Of a DNA stretch of 64,000 nucleotides, positions 28,632 to 41,435 are shown piece by piece; the stretch's first letter is position 1, and each line of letters opens with the position of its first letter. The notes beneath the pieces are model-generated. The model had not been told where the DNA came from. It did no database searches and saw only the letters and a list, made by a program, of their open reading frames with translations. The stretch is taken from assembly GCA_963827655.1 (NCBI GenBank), contig CAWHCF010000006.1, forward strand, positions 224,001-288,000, in the 5' to 3' direction. The stretch is from an uncultured Acidobacteriota bacterium (lineage in GTDB: Bacteria > Acidobacteriota > UBA6911). Both the position numbers and the translations under genes were made by a program.

Positions 28632-31600
28632 ATGGCTCAAATAGAAAAACTTGAGATGATCGGTTTCAAGTCGTTCTGCGACCGGACCCAACTTTCATTC
28701 CACCAAGGGATAACCGCAGTCGTGGGCCCCAACGGCTGTGGAAAAAGCAACATTGCCGATGCGATCAGCTGGGTTGTTGGGGAACAGAGCGCCAAGAGCC
28801 TCCGAACTGACCGGATGGAAGGAATCATCTTTAACGGCACACAGGCCCGCAAAGCGACCAGCATGGCCGAAGTTATACTCTCACTGAAACTTCTGGACAA
28901 TCTCCGGGTCCCCGAAGGATTGGATTTGAATCCCGAGGGCTTCACAGTCGGACGGAGGCTCTATCGGTCCGGGGAAAGCGAGTACTACATCGACGGCCGC
29001 CGGTGCCGTTTGAAGGATATCCTGGCCCTCTTCGAGGGGACGGGGCTTGGTCCCAATTCTTACGCACTGATGGAGCAAGGGAGAATCGGCCAGATCCTGA
29101 GCTCGAAGCCGGCGGACCGCCGCAGCCTGATTGAAGAGGCGGCGCGCATTACGCTGTTCAAGAGCCGCCGCTACTCTGCCGAGACGAAGCTGGAGCTTGC
29201 TCAGCAGAATCTAGCGCGAGTCCATGACATCATCCGGGAAGTAGCCCGCCAGCTGAACTCGCTCAAGCGCCAGGCAGCCAAGGCCCGCCGCTACAACCGT
29301 CTGCGCGACGAGTTGCGTGGCGTGCATAAGCTCAAGCTGGGCCTCGAGCAGAGAGAGCTGGCCGGAAAACTGGAAGCTTGCACGCGTCGTTTTTCGGAAG
29401 CGGTCGAGTGGGAACAGAGCATCCTTCGAGATCTCGCCCGGGCCGAGAATGACCGGTCACAAAGCCAGGAAGCCTGCCGGCGTCAGGAAGAGCTTGCCAA
29501 TCGTTCCCGGGAAGATCTGGGCAACCTGAAGCTTGACGCGGAGCGCGCTCAAAGCGCGAAGCAGCAGCAGGAAGTCCAGAAGGACGACCTCGAAAAACGG
29601 CTGAAGGATCTCGAGCGCGAAACGATATCGATCGAGGAACGACGTGCATTGATCGAACGCGAGCAGGAGCGGTTGCAAGTCTACCGGCAACGGCTTCTCG
29701 AGGAGATATCGACTGAGCGCGAAGTGCTGGATCGAGAGCAGGCGCGCAACGAGGAACTGGTCCAGGCAATACGCGAGTCCGAAGGCAAAATCGAGGCGCT
29801 GCGTTCGATCCTCTTGAATGGTGCGGGGGAGCTCTCTGATTTAAGGAACCTGCAGGCTCGGTGCCAGGAGAATATCCAGCGCCTCCAGGCCGGAACCGCC
29901 CGCCTGGAATTCGAGCGCCATAACACGGCCCAGGAACGTGCGCGGTTCCTATCCCAACTGGAGGACTTTCGCCGGAAGTCGACCGGCAACCTTTCCGTCC
30001 GCGAAGAGCTTGCCGAGCGACGGCGGCGGAGCGAGACAGCTCTGGCAGAGTTGCAGGCCAAGCTCGAGCAGGTTTCGACCGAGGTTACCGCGAAGCAGGA
30101 GGAGTGGAGTCTCATGCAGCATCGCCACTCCTCGCTGGAGGAGGTCGAACGACGCCGGAGCAACTACTCCGAAGGCGTCCAGAAGTTTCTTTCAACCCGC
30201 CTGCAAGGAGAGAAGGCCCCTGCGCGCCAGACTCTTGCCGATCATGTGGAGACCGATCCCAGATACGAAGCCGCCGTCGAGGATTACTTGAACGGTCCGC
30301 TGCAATACATTCTGGTGGACGGTCTCGACGAGGCGGTCGAGAGCGTCGAACGGCTGAAACGAATCGGAGCAGGCAAATGCACATTCATGACGCTGCGCGG
30401 CGCGCAATCCAACGGAAACGGGCATGACGTGGGCTCCAGGGTCCGCCTGGAGGGCGAAGGAATCGTCGGATTCCTGGACGAGCTGCTGCGCATGCGTGAA
30501 GATGTAAAGCAAGCGTTTGAACGAACGCTTCCCGACTACGCCTCCACCGTAATGGTCTCGGACCTTGGAACCGCTTTCCGAGTCGCCGAGAGCAACCCGC
30601 ACACCAACTTTCTGACGCTCTCGGGAGAGGCCTACTCTCCGCGCGGGACTCTGTCGGCGGTCGGGGAACGAAAGTCGATGGCGGGATTTTTGGCCCTGAA
30701 GCGCGAGAAACGCGAGCTGGAAGGAAAACTGGAATCACTCCAGGCCAAGATACAAGTGGCGCGCGCGGAACTCGAGCGCCTCAAAGGCGAGCAAGCCGCC
30801 GCCCATGAGGTTCTCAAATCTCTGGATGGCGAAGCCCGCAAGCTCGAGTTAGAGGCAGTGATTGTCGATCATCAAATTGCGCGCGTGGAAGCCGAGGTCG
30901 CGAAAATTGATCAGACGGACGACGTCGCCGATGATGAGTTATCCCAGATGCTCGCCGAGAAGCAGGAATTCGAATCAAAGGGGAGCGAGGCGCAGCGCGG
31001 CATTCAGGAGATTGAAGAGCGGAGCCGCTCCGGGGAGCAACAGCTCCGGGACCTCGGTCAACGCCTCGAGTCGTCAAAGGCGGAGAGTTCCATCGTGGCC
31101 AGAAGCGTGGCCACCGTGATCTCGTCTCAGGCAGTGAAGCACGAACGACGAGACAGCACGGAAGCGGACTTGCGCCGCCTGTCGGGAGAGTCCCAGGAGG
31201 TCAGCAACCGGCTGGAGGTCAATCGCGCGGAGAAAGATGGAATTCAGGTTCGGATTGGCGAGCTCGAACGGGCGCAACTGGAAACGCAAACCAGAATCGA
31301 TCAGTTGTTGCGGCTGGTTCAGGAAGGGGAAGCGGAGCTAGCCGGCAACCAGACAGAACTCGCGAACCAACGAAAGTCTCTGGCGGAGCTGGAGGAACGT
31401 CTGCGCCGGCTGCACGGGGAGCGCGAGGAATCGATGGGAGAGCGGGGGCGGATCGAAATCGAGAAGACCCGTCTCGAGAGCGATCTCGAACACCTCGAAC
31501 GAAGTTGTCAGGACGAGTTCCATGCATCCCTGGCTGAGATCCTGGGGGGCATTCCTGCGGACGATTGGCAGCGCGACTACCTGGAAGTGTCTCAGTTTTA

Positions 31601-32234
31601 CGACCAGATCCGGCAACGGATCGAGACTTTTGGCGCCATCAACATGCGCGCGCTTGAAGAATACCAGGAACTCGATGAGCGTTTTCAGTTTCTGAACCGG
31701 CAGCGCGCCGACATCGAGCAATCGATCTCCGACACTCAAAGAGCCATCGCGGAAATCAACCGCCGTTCAATCGAGCAATTCCAGGATGCGTTCACCAGTA
31801 TACGGGAGAACTTTGTCGAGGTTTTTCAGGCGCTATTCAACGGCGGCCAGTGCGACCTCCGGCTTCTTGACGAGGAGGACACGCTGGAAAGCGGAATAGA
31901 CATTATCGCTCAGCCGCCCGGGAAGCGTTTGCAGAACGTGTTGCTGCTTTCGGGGGGAGAGAAAGCCCTGACTGCGCTCGCCCTGCTGATCGCAATCTTC
32001 AAGTATCGCCCCAGCCCGTTCTGTGTGCTGGACGAGGTAGACGCTCCCCTCGATGATGCCAACGTAAATCGGTTTACGCAGCTTATGTCGAAGTTGAGCG
32101 ATGAGACTCAATTCATCATCATCACGCATAACAAAAGGACGATGGAGATCGCCGAGACGCTTTACGGTGTGACAATGGAGGAACCCGGCGTCTCGAAGAT
32201 AGTCAGCGTGGATTTCCGGCCCAAGCACAACTGA
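28632..32234 (+). CDS. smc: Chromosome segregation protein SMC
   Basis: GFKSF, Walker A GPNGCGKSN, coiled coil-hinge-coiled coil, LSGGEK, LDEVDAPLD. Confidence 0.98.
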   Translation: MAQIEKLEMIGFKSFCDRTQLSFHQGITAVVGPNGCGKSNIADAISWVVGEQSAKSLRTDRMEGIIFNGTQARKATSMAEVILSLKLLDNLRVPEGLDLNPEGFTVGRRLYRSGESEYYIDGRRCRLKDILALFEGTGLGPNSYALMEQGRIGQILSSKPADRRSLIEEAARITLFKSRRYSAETKLELAQQNLARVHDIIREVARQLNSLKRQAAKARRYNRLRDELRGVHKLKLGLEQRELAGKLEACTRRFSEAVEWEQSILRDLARAENDRSQSQEACRRQEELANRSREDLGNLKLDAERAQSAKQQQEVQKDDLEKRLKDLERETISIEERRALIEREQERLQVYRQRLLEEISTEREVLDREQARNEELVQAIRESEGKIEALRSILLNGAGELSDLRNLQARCQENIQRLQAGTARLEFERHNTAQERARFLSQLEDFRRKSTGNLSVREELAERRRRSETALAELQAKLEQVSTEVTAKQEEWSLMQHRHSSLEEVERRRSNYSEGVQKFLSTRLQGEKAPARQTLADHVETDPRYEAAVEDYLNGPLQYILVDGLDEAVESVERLKRIGAGKCTFMTLRGAQSNGNGHDVGSRVRLEGEGIVGFLDELLRMREDVKQAFERTLPDYASTVMVSDLGTAFRVAESNPHTNFLTLSGEAYSPRGTLSAVGERKSMAGFLALKREKRELEGKLESLQAKIQVARAELERLKGEQAAAHEVLKSLDGEARKLELEAVIVDHQIARVEAEVAKIDQTDDVADDELSQMLAEKQEFESKGSEAQRGIQEIEERSRSGEQQLRDLGQRLESSKAESSIVARSVATVISSQAVKHERRDSTEADLRRLSGESQEVSNRLEVNRAEKDGIQVRIGELERAQLETQTRIDQLLRLVQEGEAELAGNQTELANQRKSLAELEERLRRLHGEREESMGERGRIEIEKTRLESDLEHLERSCQDEFHASLAEILGGIPADDWQRDYLEVSQFYDQIRQRIETFGAINMRALEEYQELDERFQFLNRQRADIEQSISDTQRAIAEINRRSIEQFQDAFTSIRENFVEVFQALFNGGQCDLRLLDEEDTLESGIDIIAQPPGKRLQNVLLLSGGEKALTALALLIAIFKYRPSPFCVLDEVDAPLDDANVNRFTQLMSKLSDETQFIIITHNKRTMEIAETLYGVTMEEPGVSKIVSVDFRPKHN

Positions 32235-32393
32235 CGATTTCAGATTGCGGATTTTATCATGATTGCGGATTGCAGATTGCGGATTGAACAAACGATGGCT
32301 GATGTGGACCCAGCGTGATCGCGTGGAAGGTTTCCTCTCGCTCAGCCACTGGCTGTCTTCAATCCGCAATCCGCAATCTGCAATCCGACAATC
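32235..32393. repeat. Inverted pair of heptamer arrays (CGGATTG/CAGATTG)n ... (CAATCCG/CAATCTG)n between smc and purC
   Basis: Arrays at about 32235-32286 and 32360-32393. Confidence 0.9.
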
Positions 32394-32407
32394 GAAAGGG
32401 GGGATGC

Positions 32408-33316
32408 ATGAACCTGGTGGAAGACCAACCTAGACTCTGTATCGAAACCGACCTGCCTGAATTCCCGCTGGTCCGCAGGGGCAAAGTCCGGGATGTGTAC
32501 GAAGTGGACGGCAAGCTCCTGATGATTGCAACCGATCGCATATCGGCTTTCGACGTCGTCCTTCCGACGCCTATACCGATGAAGGGCGCCGTCCTGACTC
32601 AGATCTCCAGGTTTTGGTTTGACATGCTCCGGGACCTTGTGCCCAACCACATGGTGAGCGTGAACGTCGACGAATTCCCTGATCGGCTGAAGAAATATCG
32701 TTCGCTGTTGCGCCTGAGAAGCACGCTCGCGCTCAAGGTGGAAATGTTTCCGGTGGAGTGCGTCGCGCGCGGGTATCTCTCCGGTTCAGGCTGGAAGGAG
32801 TACCGTGAGACCGGGGAGATTTGCGGAATTCCGCTCCCCCAGGGGTTGCGCGAGAGCCATCCATTACCGGAGCCGATCTTCACCCCCGCGACCAAGGCCG
32901 AGTCGGGCCACGATATGAATATTTCGTTTGAGGAGGTTGTGAAGATTGTAGGGCGAGAAACCGCCGAGCGGTTGAGGCAGCTCACGCTCGAGATCTACGG
33001 ACGGGCCGCTGACTATGCCATTCACAAAGGCATAATCATCGCCGATACCAAGCTCGAGTTCGGCCTTTACGACGGCAAGATCATTCTGTGCGACGAGGTC
33101 CTGACTCCGGATTCTTCGCGCTTCTGGCCTCGGGCGCACTATCGCCCCGGGCGCCCCCAACCGTCTTTCGACAAGCAATTTGTGCGTGATTACCTCGAAT
33201 CAATCAATTTCAACAAGCAGCCCCCCGGACCACCGCTGCCCGAAGCGGTGGTAAAGCAGACATCCGAGAAATACCTCGACGCCTACTCTTTCTTGACCGG
33301 TTCACCGTTGGCGTGA
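32408..33316 (+). CDS. purC: SAICAR synthetase
   Basis: RGKVRDVY, ATDRISAFD, ECVARGYL.GSG, ADTKLEFG, DEVLTPDSSRFW, SFDKQFVRD. Confidence 0.97.
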   Translation: MNLVEDQPRLCIETDLPEFPLVRRGKVRDVYEVDGKLLMIATDRISAFDVVLPTPIPMKGAVLTQISRFWFDMLRDLVPNHMVSVNVDEFPDRLKKYRSLLRLRSTLALKVEMFPVECVARGYLSGSGWKEYRETGEICGIPLPQGLRESHPLPEPIFTPATKAESGHDMNISFEEVVKIVGRETAERLRQLTLEIYGRAADYAIHKGIIIADTKLEFGLYDGKIILCDEVLTPDSSRFWPRAHYRPGRPQPSFDKQFVRDYLESINFNKQPPGPPLPEAVVKQTSEKYLDAYSFLTGSPLA

Positions 33317-33439
33317 TCTTTCTTCTCGAGTAGCAAGTGCTGCGCATACTCTGCTAGTAGAGTCAAAGTGCTGTGAGGAAGTCCGACTCAGCACTTTTTA
33401 CTCAGCACTTTTTACTTTGATTGGCATATAACTCCAACC

Positions 33440-34495
33440 GTGGAGAACCTGTCGCATACCCTGGCCGGCATTGCCCTGAGCAGGGCCGGCTTGGAAAAAA
33501 AGACTGCGCTCGCAACCCCTATTCTCGCGGTCGCGGCCAATCTGCCCGACATAGATATCCTCGGATCTTTCATCGGAGAACACTACCTTGATTTTCATCG
33601 TGGAGTCACTCACGCCGCCGTCGGTCTGATGGGTCTGTCGCTGCTCATGGCGGGCGCAGCCTATGGAATCACGCGCACCAAGAAAACATGGGCCGAGTCG
33701 TCGAAATTCTTGCCCATCTTGTATGTTTGTTTCATAGGGCTGCTCTCTCATCCCTTGCTCGATTTTTTGAACGATTATGGCGTGCGCCCCTGGCTCCCGT
33801 TCAACGGTCGCCGGTACTATGGCGATCTGATCAGCATTGTCGACCCCTGGATCTGGCTGATCTTTTGGAGCGGGCTGGCGCTTGTGGCCGCGAGCCGTTT
33901 TCGCACGATAGTCTGGTTCGGGTTGGCACTGGTCATGGCGGGAGTTGTCGGTTTGGGCGTCAGCTGGTCGAGAGCGCTGCTCTGGATTACGGTGCTGGTC
34001 CTGGCGTCGGGGGCCGGGCGCGTTTTGCAACAGCGCGGGTTTCACCCCCCGCGAATGGCTCTTCTGGCTTTTGCCCTCTACCTCGCCGCCATGGTGATGG
34101 TCCGCTCGAAGGTAGTCGAGGCGGCTCGCGAGCTGGGACCCGCACTGATCCCGGAGCGTGTAGAAAAAATTGATGTGCTGCCGGCCCGTCCTGGACAGCA
34201 TCGCTGGAGAGTAATCCTGGAAACACCGGAAAAGTTTTACATTGCCGAGGTGGAATCCGGGGACTGGCGCGACCACCCGCCCGAGTTCCAGGCTTATTCA
34301 AAGAATCTCAACGACCCGTGCTATCTGCAGTCGCTGCCACAAAAGGAGATAGCAGCCATGGCGCGCTTCGCGCGGTTTCCTTCGGTCGACGTGCAGAAGT
34401 CCGGAGAGGCGTGCGTCGTTTACTTGCGCGACCTGCGCTACGCCCGCCAATCGGTAGCCGGCTGGGGTGTCGCCCGGGCCGTGGTCGAGCCGTAA
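33440..34495 (+). CDS. Membrane metal-dependent hydrolase (YdjM-like)
   Basis: SHTLAG, NLPDID, HRGVTH, SHPLLD..N.YG. Confidence 0.88.
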   Translation: MENLSHTLAGIALSRAGLEKKTALATPILAVAANLPDIDILGSFIGEHYLDFHRGVTHAAVGLMGLSLLMAGAAYGITRTKKTWAESSKFLPILYVCFIGLLSHPLLDFLNDYGVRPWLPFNGRRYYGDLISIVDPWIWLIFWSGLALVAASRFRTIVWFGLALVMAGVVGLGVSWSRALLWITVLVLASGAGRVLQQRGFHPPRMALLAFALYLAAMVMVRSKVVEAARELGPALIPERVEKIDVLPARPGQHRWRVILETPEKFYIAEVESGDWRDHPPEFQAYSKNLNDPCYLQSLPQKEIAAMARFARFPSVDVQKSGEACVVYLRDLRYARQSVAGWGVARAVVEP

Positions 34496-34496
34496 G

Positions 34497-34594
34497 CAAT
34501 TGCAGATTGTCGATTGCGGATTGAGAAAGCTATGTTGCATCCGGCCGTAGAATTAGCCGCAGTGGTTCAATCTGCAATCCGAAATCCGCAATCG
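34497..34594. repeat. Inverted pair of heptamer arrays downstream of the hydrolase gene
   Basis: CAGATTG TCGATTG CGGATTG ... CAATCTG CAATCCG AAATCCG CAATCG. Confidence 0.85.
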
Positions 34595-34844
34595 GGAGAA
34601 TGTGCTTGCAAAGAATTTTTTGCGAAGCGTAGAATGTCTCGCCTTTTGCGTTCCCCATTCAGCTGAGTCAGCTGCACGGTCGCGAAATGCGGTTGTGACG
34701 GACCATGGGGGATTGATTCATCACATTTTTCCGCTCATGAATCGGCAAGCGTTCTCACCGGTATGCCTTTTTTCAAAGACACCCGAAGGAGCCGTTTTCC
34801 CGCAGGTAACAAACCGACATTCGCAGCGGGCCGAGGGAAGCTAA

Positions 34845-35390
34845 ATGCCTGCTTCGTGGACCTGGCTGGACTACACCTTTGTCATCATCATCGTCTTCTC
34901 GACCGTCTTCGCTCTGACAAAAGGAATCGCGCGCGAGATCATCAGCCTGGTGGCGCTCGCGGGCGGATTCATCTTCGCGGCATATTCCTATCATACGGTG
35001 GCCCGCGTCTTTGCCGATTACACCCGTACCCAAACCTTGGCGAATCTGCTCGGTTTCCTGGTCATATTCTTGAGCATCATCCTGGTGGGTTCGATTGCCG
35101 CCTACGTTGCGAATCGCTTCGTCAAGATGGCTTCACTCGAATGGTTTGATCGATTGCTGGGCGGAGTCTTCGGCTTCCTTCGAGGCTGGGCCGTAACCTC
35201 GATCATTGTCCTCGCCCTGATCGCGTTTCCGGTACGCGACAACCTGGTCGCACAGTCACAACTCGCTCCCTACCTGCTCGCGGGCGCGCGGGCGGCAGTG
35301 CTGGTGGTGCCGCAGGAATTAAGAGATCGATTTCATGAAGAGTACAGGAAGGTATTGGAGGCCTGGAATCGCAACAGGAGCATGATATGA
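34845..35390 (+). CDS. cvpA: CvpA (colicin V production) family membrane protein
   Basis: WLD...KGIAREIISL, DRLLGGVFGFLRG; close to purC. Confidence 0.9.
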   Translation: MPASWTWLDYTFVIIIVFSTVFALTKGIAREIISLVALAGGFIFAAYSYHTVARVFADYTRTQTLANLLGFLVIFLSIILVGSIAAYVANRFVKMASLEWFDRLLGGVFGFLRGWAVTSIIVLALIAFPVRDNLVAQSQLAPYLLAGARAAVLVVPQELRDRFHEEYRKVLEAWNRNRSMI

Positions 35391-35629
35391 GCGACTCCAC
35401 TAAACCGCCGCCAAGACTAAAAGATCGACTGGAAGCCATCTGCGTCGAAATGATCGATCGAGGAATTCTGTTCTCCGAGGCGGTAGCGCAGTTTGAAAAG
35501 TGCTTCATCGCGGAATTGGTCGATCGTAATGATGGCAACCTGGTTCGCTCAGCCAAACGCCTCGGAATGCATCGAAACACTCTCGCCAAAAAGATCGCAG
35601 TCTACAAAATCAAGCAAAGAAGCCGGTAG
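35387..35629 (+). CDS. Small Fis-like HTH protein
   Basis: FEKCFI...GNLVRSAKRLGMHRNTL (HTH_8). Confidence 0.85.
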   Translation: MSDSTKPPPRLKDRLEAICVEMIDRGILFSEAVAQFEKCFIAELVDRNDGNLVRSAKRLGMHRNTLAKKIAVYKIKQRSR

Positions 35630-35645
35630 CCCGCCAGCTTTTTCG

Positions 35646-35699
35646 TTGACAAGAGTGGAAACGCTCCTATATATTAGCACTCGTTTTAGTGAGTGCTAA
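35646..35699 (+). promoter_or_regulatory. Sigma70 promoter plus CIRCE (HrcA operator) of groESL
   Basis: TTGACA at 35646, TATATT at 35670; TTAGCACTC-N8-GAGTGCTAA at 35674-35699. Confidence 0.92.
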
Positions 35700-35756
35700 T
35701 TCCATATCCTAAATAAAGAAATAAAACAACTTAGGTGAACAGGAGGAGAATAGCCT

Positions 35757-36074
35757 ATGCAAATAAGACCTCTGCATGACCGCGTGATAGTAAAGCGGGT
35801 TGAGGAAAAAGAAGTGTTGAAAGGGGGCATTATCATCCCCGACACCGCCAAGGAAAAACCCATGGAGGGTGAAGTCGTGGCGGTAGGGCCTGGAAAAACT
35901 ACGGAAGATGGCAAGCGTACGGCTCTTGATGTCAAGGCCGGCGACCGAGTCCTGTTCGGGAAGTACGCGGGAACCGAGATCAAGATCGATGAACAGGATT
36001 ACGTGATCATGCGCGAGGAGGAAATCCTCGCGGTTTTTGAGGCGGCTGCGACCAAGAAGAGCTCGTCCAGGTAA
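35757..36074 (+). CDS. groES: Co-chaperonin GroES
   Basis: [32 protein letters not shown]; AGGAGG RBS. Confidence 0.98.
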   Translation: MQIRPLHDRVIVKRVEEKEVLKGGIIIPDTAKEKPMEGEVVAVGPGKTTEDGKRTALDVKAGDRVLFGKYAGTEIKIDEQDYVIMREEEILAVFEAAATKKSSSR

Positions 36075-36089
36075 GAGCCAAACATTTGA

Positions 36090-37737
<1,648 letters not shown>

Positions 37738-37764
37738 CCCGGGCCACCCGCAAAGGAACAAGCC

Positions 37765-37809
37765 GTGCCACGCATCCCGAGAAGTCAGGGGTGCGTGGCA
37801 CTTTTTTTT
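37765..37809 (+). terminator. Rho-independent terminator of groESL
   Basis: GTGCCACGCA...TGCGTGGCAC stem followed by a T run. Confidence 0.85.
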
Positions 37810-38279
37810 GGCGCGGGCGAACTGCCGGCCTCTGCGTCAGGGCTTTTGAGGGCCCGCAAGGGCCGACAGGAATAGGCCTGACCTGCGCGGCAACGTGGTT
37901 TATCGCGGCGGGAGAAGCAATATTTGACTCAATCGATTCCTGCTACAGACCGAGCCTGGTAAAGATTCGAGAGCGCATATGAAGCGCGTGAGGAGACGAA
38001 GGAGCGATCTTCGCGTAGCTCTGGGCGGCGGGCAGGGCGAATGCGCATGTTCTCTACCTGCTGGGACCTAAACGTACCATGGAACCCAGGGAAGAGGGAT
38101 AGCCCGCCGCCGGTTCTGATCATCATCAGCGTGACTTTCGCCTGTGACGATCGGCCGCAGCTTCACGTCGGACCGCTTGACCTCTTTACCGGATGTTTTT
38201 TGAATCGTCAATCGTCAATCGTCAATCGCTTAATGGCTGCTTGCTTTTTTCGATCGCGGCGGTAAGATGCTCTCCTACC

Positions 38280-39966
38280 GTGGAGACTGCTGCTCGTAGC
38301 GCATTCCTCTCTTCCCTGTTGCTTCTCCTCCTGTTTTTTGCGACCGTTCTCTTCCGGATTGGAGCTCTCCCGCTGACGGGCGCCGACGAGCCCCGATACG
38401 CGCGGGTTGCGGAAGAAATGTGGCGCGCGGGGCGATGGGTGACGCCGTTGCTGGAAGGGCGTCCCTGGCTCGAAAAACCTCCCCTCTACTATTGGATTAC
38501 CATACCGCACTACGCCGTGCTCGGTCCCACCGAGACCGCCGCCCGGCTCGGACCGGCGTTCTGTCTGCTAATCAGTTCACTCACGGTCTGGTGGCTCGGG
38601 CGGAGGCTGCTGAATCCGCTGGCCGGTCTTTATGCGGGGATGATACTCCTCACCGCCGTCGGTTTTGTAGCTTTCGGAAGAAGCGCCTCAACCGACATGC
38701 CTTTTGTGGCATGTCTCACCGTTTCGCTCGCATTGTTTTGTTTTGCCACAATCCATACCGGGGGGGCCGTGTGGGCGCTTCTGGGTGGCTACATCTTTCT
38801 TGGACTTGCTGTTCTGGGTAAGGGACCGGTCACAATCGTTCTGGTTATCGGAACCCTATCGCTCTTTTGGTGGCTGGACGAGCAAGGCGGCGCTATCCGT
38901 AAACTACGCGTCCTGCCGGGGGTCTTTATTGCGGCAGCTGTGGCTGTTCCATGGTTCGTTCTTGCCTTCCGCGACAATGGTTTCGCTTTCCTATCGGTCT
39001 TCTTCATTAACCATAATCTGATGCGATATCGTGACCGACATCCATCACCATGCGGAGCCCTTTTACTATTACGTTCCGGTATTCTTCGGAATTCTGTTTC
39101 CCTGGAGCGGATGGCTACCGCTTCTGGCGCAGGGAATTCATCGGGGAAAGTTGAGTCCAAGACGGGAATGGAACCGGACGGAACTCTTCCTCGCCTGTTG
39201 GTGTATTTTCCCGCTGATTTTCTTTTCCCTCTCGGAATCCAAGCTCTCGGGGTATATCCTGCCGTCCCTTCCCGCGGTCGCCCTCCTGTTAGGGAACCGC
39301 CTCAGCGCGGTGCAGCAAGACCGGCCGGGCGCGTTCGCCCTGTGGTTCTATCTCGGCGTCTCGGTGACGATAGCCGCGGCGCTGGTAGCCGTTTTTCAGA
39401 TCCGCTACGGCGGCCGGTGGCAAACGGGCCTGTTGCTCGCCGTAATCGCGCTGCTCCCTGCTCTTGCCGTCTGCTGGCGGGGGCTTCGAGGCCGAAACAA
39501 GTTTTTGCCGGCCTTGACGCTTTTCCACGGACTTATTCTTATCATCGGCGCCACCCAATTCGTGTTTCCCGTGCTCGGCGCATACCACTCCACTCGTGAC
39601 ATTGCCCGCCAGGCCTTGGCCGTACGTGAGGGGGGTGAGCCTATCGTTACTTACCTTTTTTTCCACCACACCCTGAATTACTATACGGATTATCAGATTA
39701 CGGGCGATCTTAAGGAACCGCAGGCGGTTGCTCGATTTGCGCAATCGAACCCGAGCTTCCTCCTCGTGACCGAGACACACCGGGTCGGTGACATCAACCA
39801 CCTGGAAGGTCTGACCGTCTCGTCCAAAGGCTCACAGGGGAAGCTGCGCCTGTTCCATGTCTCCCGCTCGGCCGGAGGCCCAAAGGCAGGATTGACGAAA
39901 TCCGCGCCAGCCCCATCGTCAATCGTCAATCGTCAATCGTCAATCCCCCGATTCCCCCTGCCTTGA
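38280..39966 (+). CDS. ArnT/PMT-family (GT-C) glycosyltransferase, frameshift near 39030
   Basis: ADEPRYARVAEEM, LEKPPLYYW, LGKGP, HHHAEPFYYY, SKLSGYILP; start approximate. Confidence 0.88.
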
Positions 39967-40022
39967 CTCGGAAAATAGGGGATAGTAAGCTGCCTCATGT
40001 CTACTCGGCTGTTCGAGGAATA

Positions 40023-41435
40023 ATGCTGCGCATCTACAACACCCTGACCAACTCGAAGGAGGAATTTCGCCCTGCCGAACCAGGTGTAGTCCGCTTCTAC
40101 ACGTGTGGTCCCACGGTCTACGACTTCGCTCACATTGGAAACTTCCGAACCTTTGTATTCCAGGACTTGTTGCGGCGTTATCTCCGGTTTCGGGATTACC
40201 GTGTGATTCATGTCATGAACATCACAGATGTTGATGACCGGACCATCCAGATGGCTCGAACTCAAGGGATTTCACTTGTGGAATATACGGCCAGGTATAC
40301 CGAGGCATTCCTGGAAGACAGCAAGAGGCTGGGTCTTCAAGCCCCCGACTTCATGCCTCGGGCGACCGGCCACATCCCGGAGATGGTGCAGCTGATCCGG
40401 CGCCTGGAAGAGAGGGGCTATACCTACCGGCGCGACGGTTCGATCTACTTCAGCATCGCGCGCTTCCCTGAGTACGGCAAATTGAGCAAGCAGGATTTCA
40501 AGGGAATGCAAGCCGGGGCGCGCGTCGATAACGATCGCTATGACAAAGACGAGGCTCGAGACTTCGTACTCTGGAAGGCGCGCAAGGAGGGAGAGGACTT
40601 CTGGGAAACCGAGATCGGGCCCGGGCGTCCGGGCTGGCATATCGAGTGCTCGGCCATGAGCATGAAGTACCTCGGGGAAAGCTTCGATCTTCATTGCGGC
40701 GGGATCGATCTTGTTTTCCCGCACCATGAGAACGAGATCGCCCAGAGTGAGTGCGCCACCGGGAAACCCTTCGTGCACTACTGGGTACATCCGGAGTTTC
40801 TGGTGGTCGAGGGCGAGAAAATGTCGAAGTCCCTGGGGAATTTCTTCACTCTGCGCGATCTTCTGGCCCAGGGACATTCGCCGCAAGCGATCCGCTATCT
40901 GCTTCTCTCGGTACATTATCGCAAGCAGCTGAACTTCACGATGGATGGGCTGCGACAGGCGGAGTCCTCCATCCAGCGGCTCGAAGACTTCCGTCAAAGA
41001 ATGACGGAGCTTGCAGACGGGAGCGATCCTTGTCCCGAATTTGCCGCCCAAATCGGGTCGGCACAAGCCAGTTTTATTGAAGCAATGGACGATGACCTGA
41101 ACATCTCAGCCGCGCTCGGAGTGATTTTCGACTTTATCCGTTCCACTTACCAGACCCACGACCAGGGAAGGATCAGCCGCGGAGACGCCCGGGCGGCCGT
41201 CGACTTTGTTCTGGAAGTAGACCAGGTGCTCGGGGTGATGCGGCCGCAGCCCGAGCTGCTCGATGAAGAGATTGCGCGTCGAATCGAAGAGCGCCAGGCG
41301 GCCCGGCGGCGAAGAGACTTCGCCGAGGCTGACCGAATACGGGATTGGCTGTCCTCCCAGGGAATTCAACTTGAAGATACACGAGAAGGTATTCGGTGGA
41401 AGAGAATCCACAAAAGCGACCTTACCCAGAATTAA
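40023..41435 (+). CDS. cysS: Cysteinyl-tRNA synthetase
   Basis: CGPTVY, HIGN, PGWHIECSAM, FPHHENE, KMSKS. Confidence 0.98.
   Translation: MLRIYNTLTNSKEEFRPAEPGVVRFYTCGPTVYDFAHIGNFRTFVFQDLLRRYLRFRDYRVIHVMNITDVDDRTIQMARTQGISLVEYTARYTEAFLEDSKRLGLQAPDFMPRATGHIPEMVQLIRRLEERGYTYRRDGSIYFSIARFPEYGKLSKQDFKGMQAGARVDNDRYDKDEARDFVLWKARKEGEDFWETEIGPGRPGWHIECSAMSMKYLGESFDLHCGGIDLVFPHHENEIAQSECATGKPFVHYWVHPEFLVVEGEKMSKSLGNFFTLRDLLAQGHSPQAIRYLLLSVHYRKQLNFTMDGLRQAESSIQRLEDFRQRMTELADGSDPCPEFAAQIGSAQASFIEAMDDDLNISAALGVIFDFIRSTYQTHDQGRISRGDARAAVDFVLEVDQVLGVMRPQPELLDEEIARRIEERQAARRRRDFAEADRIRDWLSSQGIQLEDTREGIRWKRIHKSDLTQN

Noticed and set aside
34630-34844. Purine-related riboswitch in the long cvpA leader
   Set aside because: A plausible promoter (TTGCAA...TAGAAT) is present, but no ZTP, purine or PRPP aptamer consensus was seen
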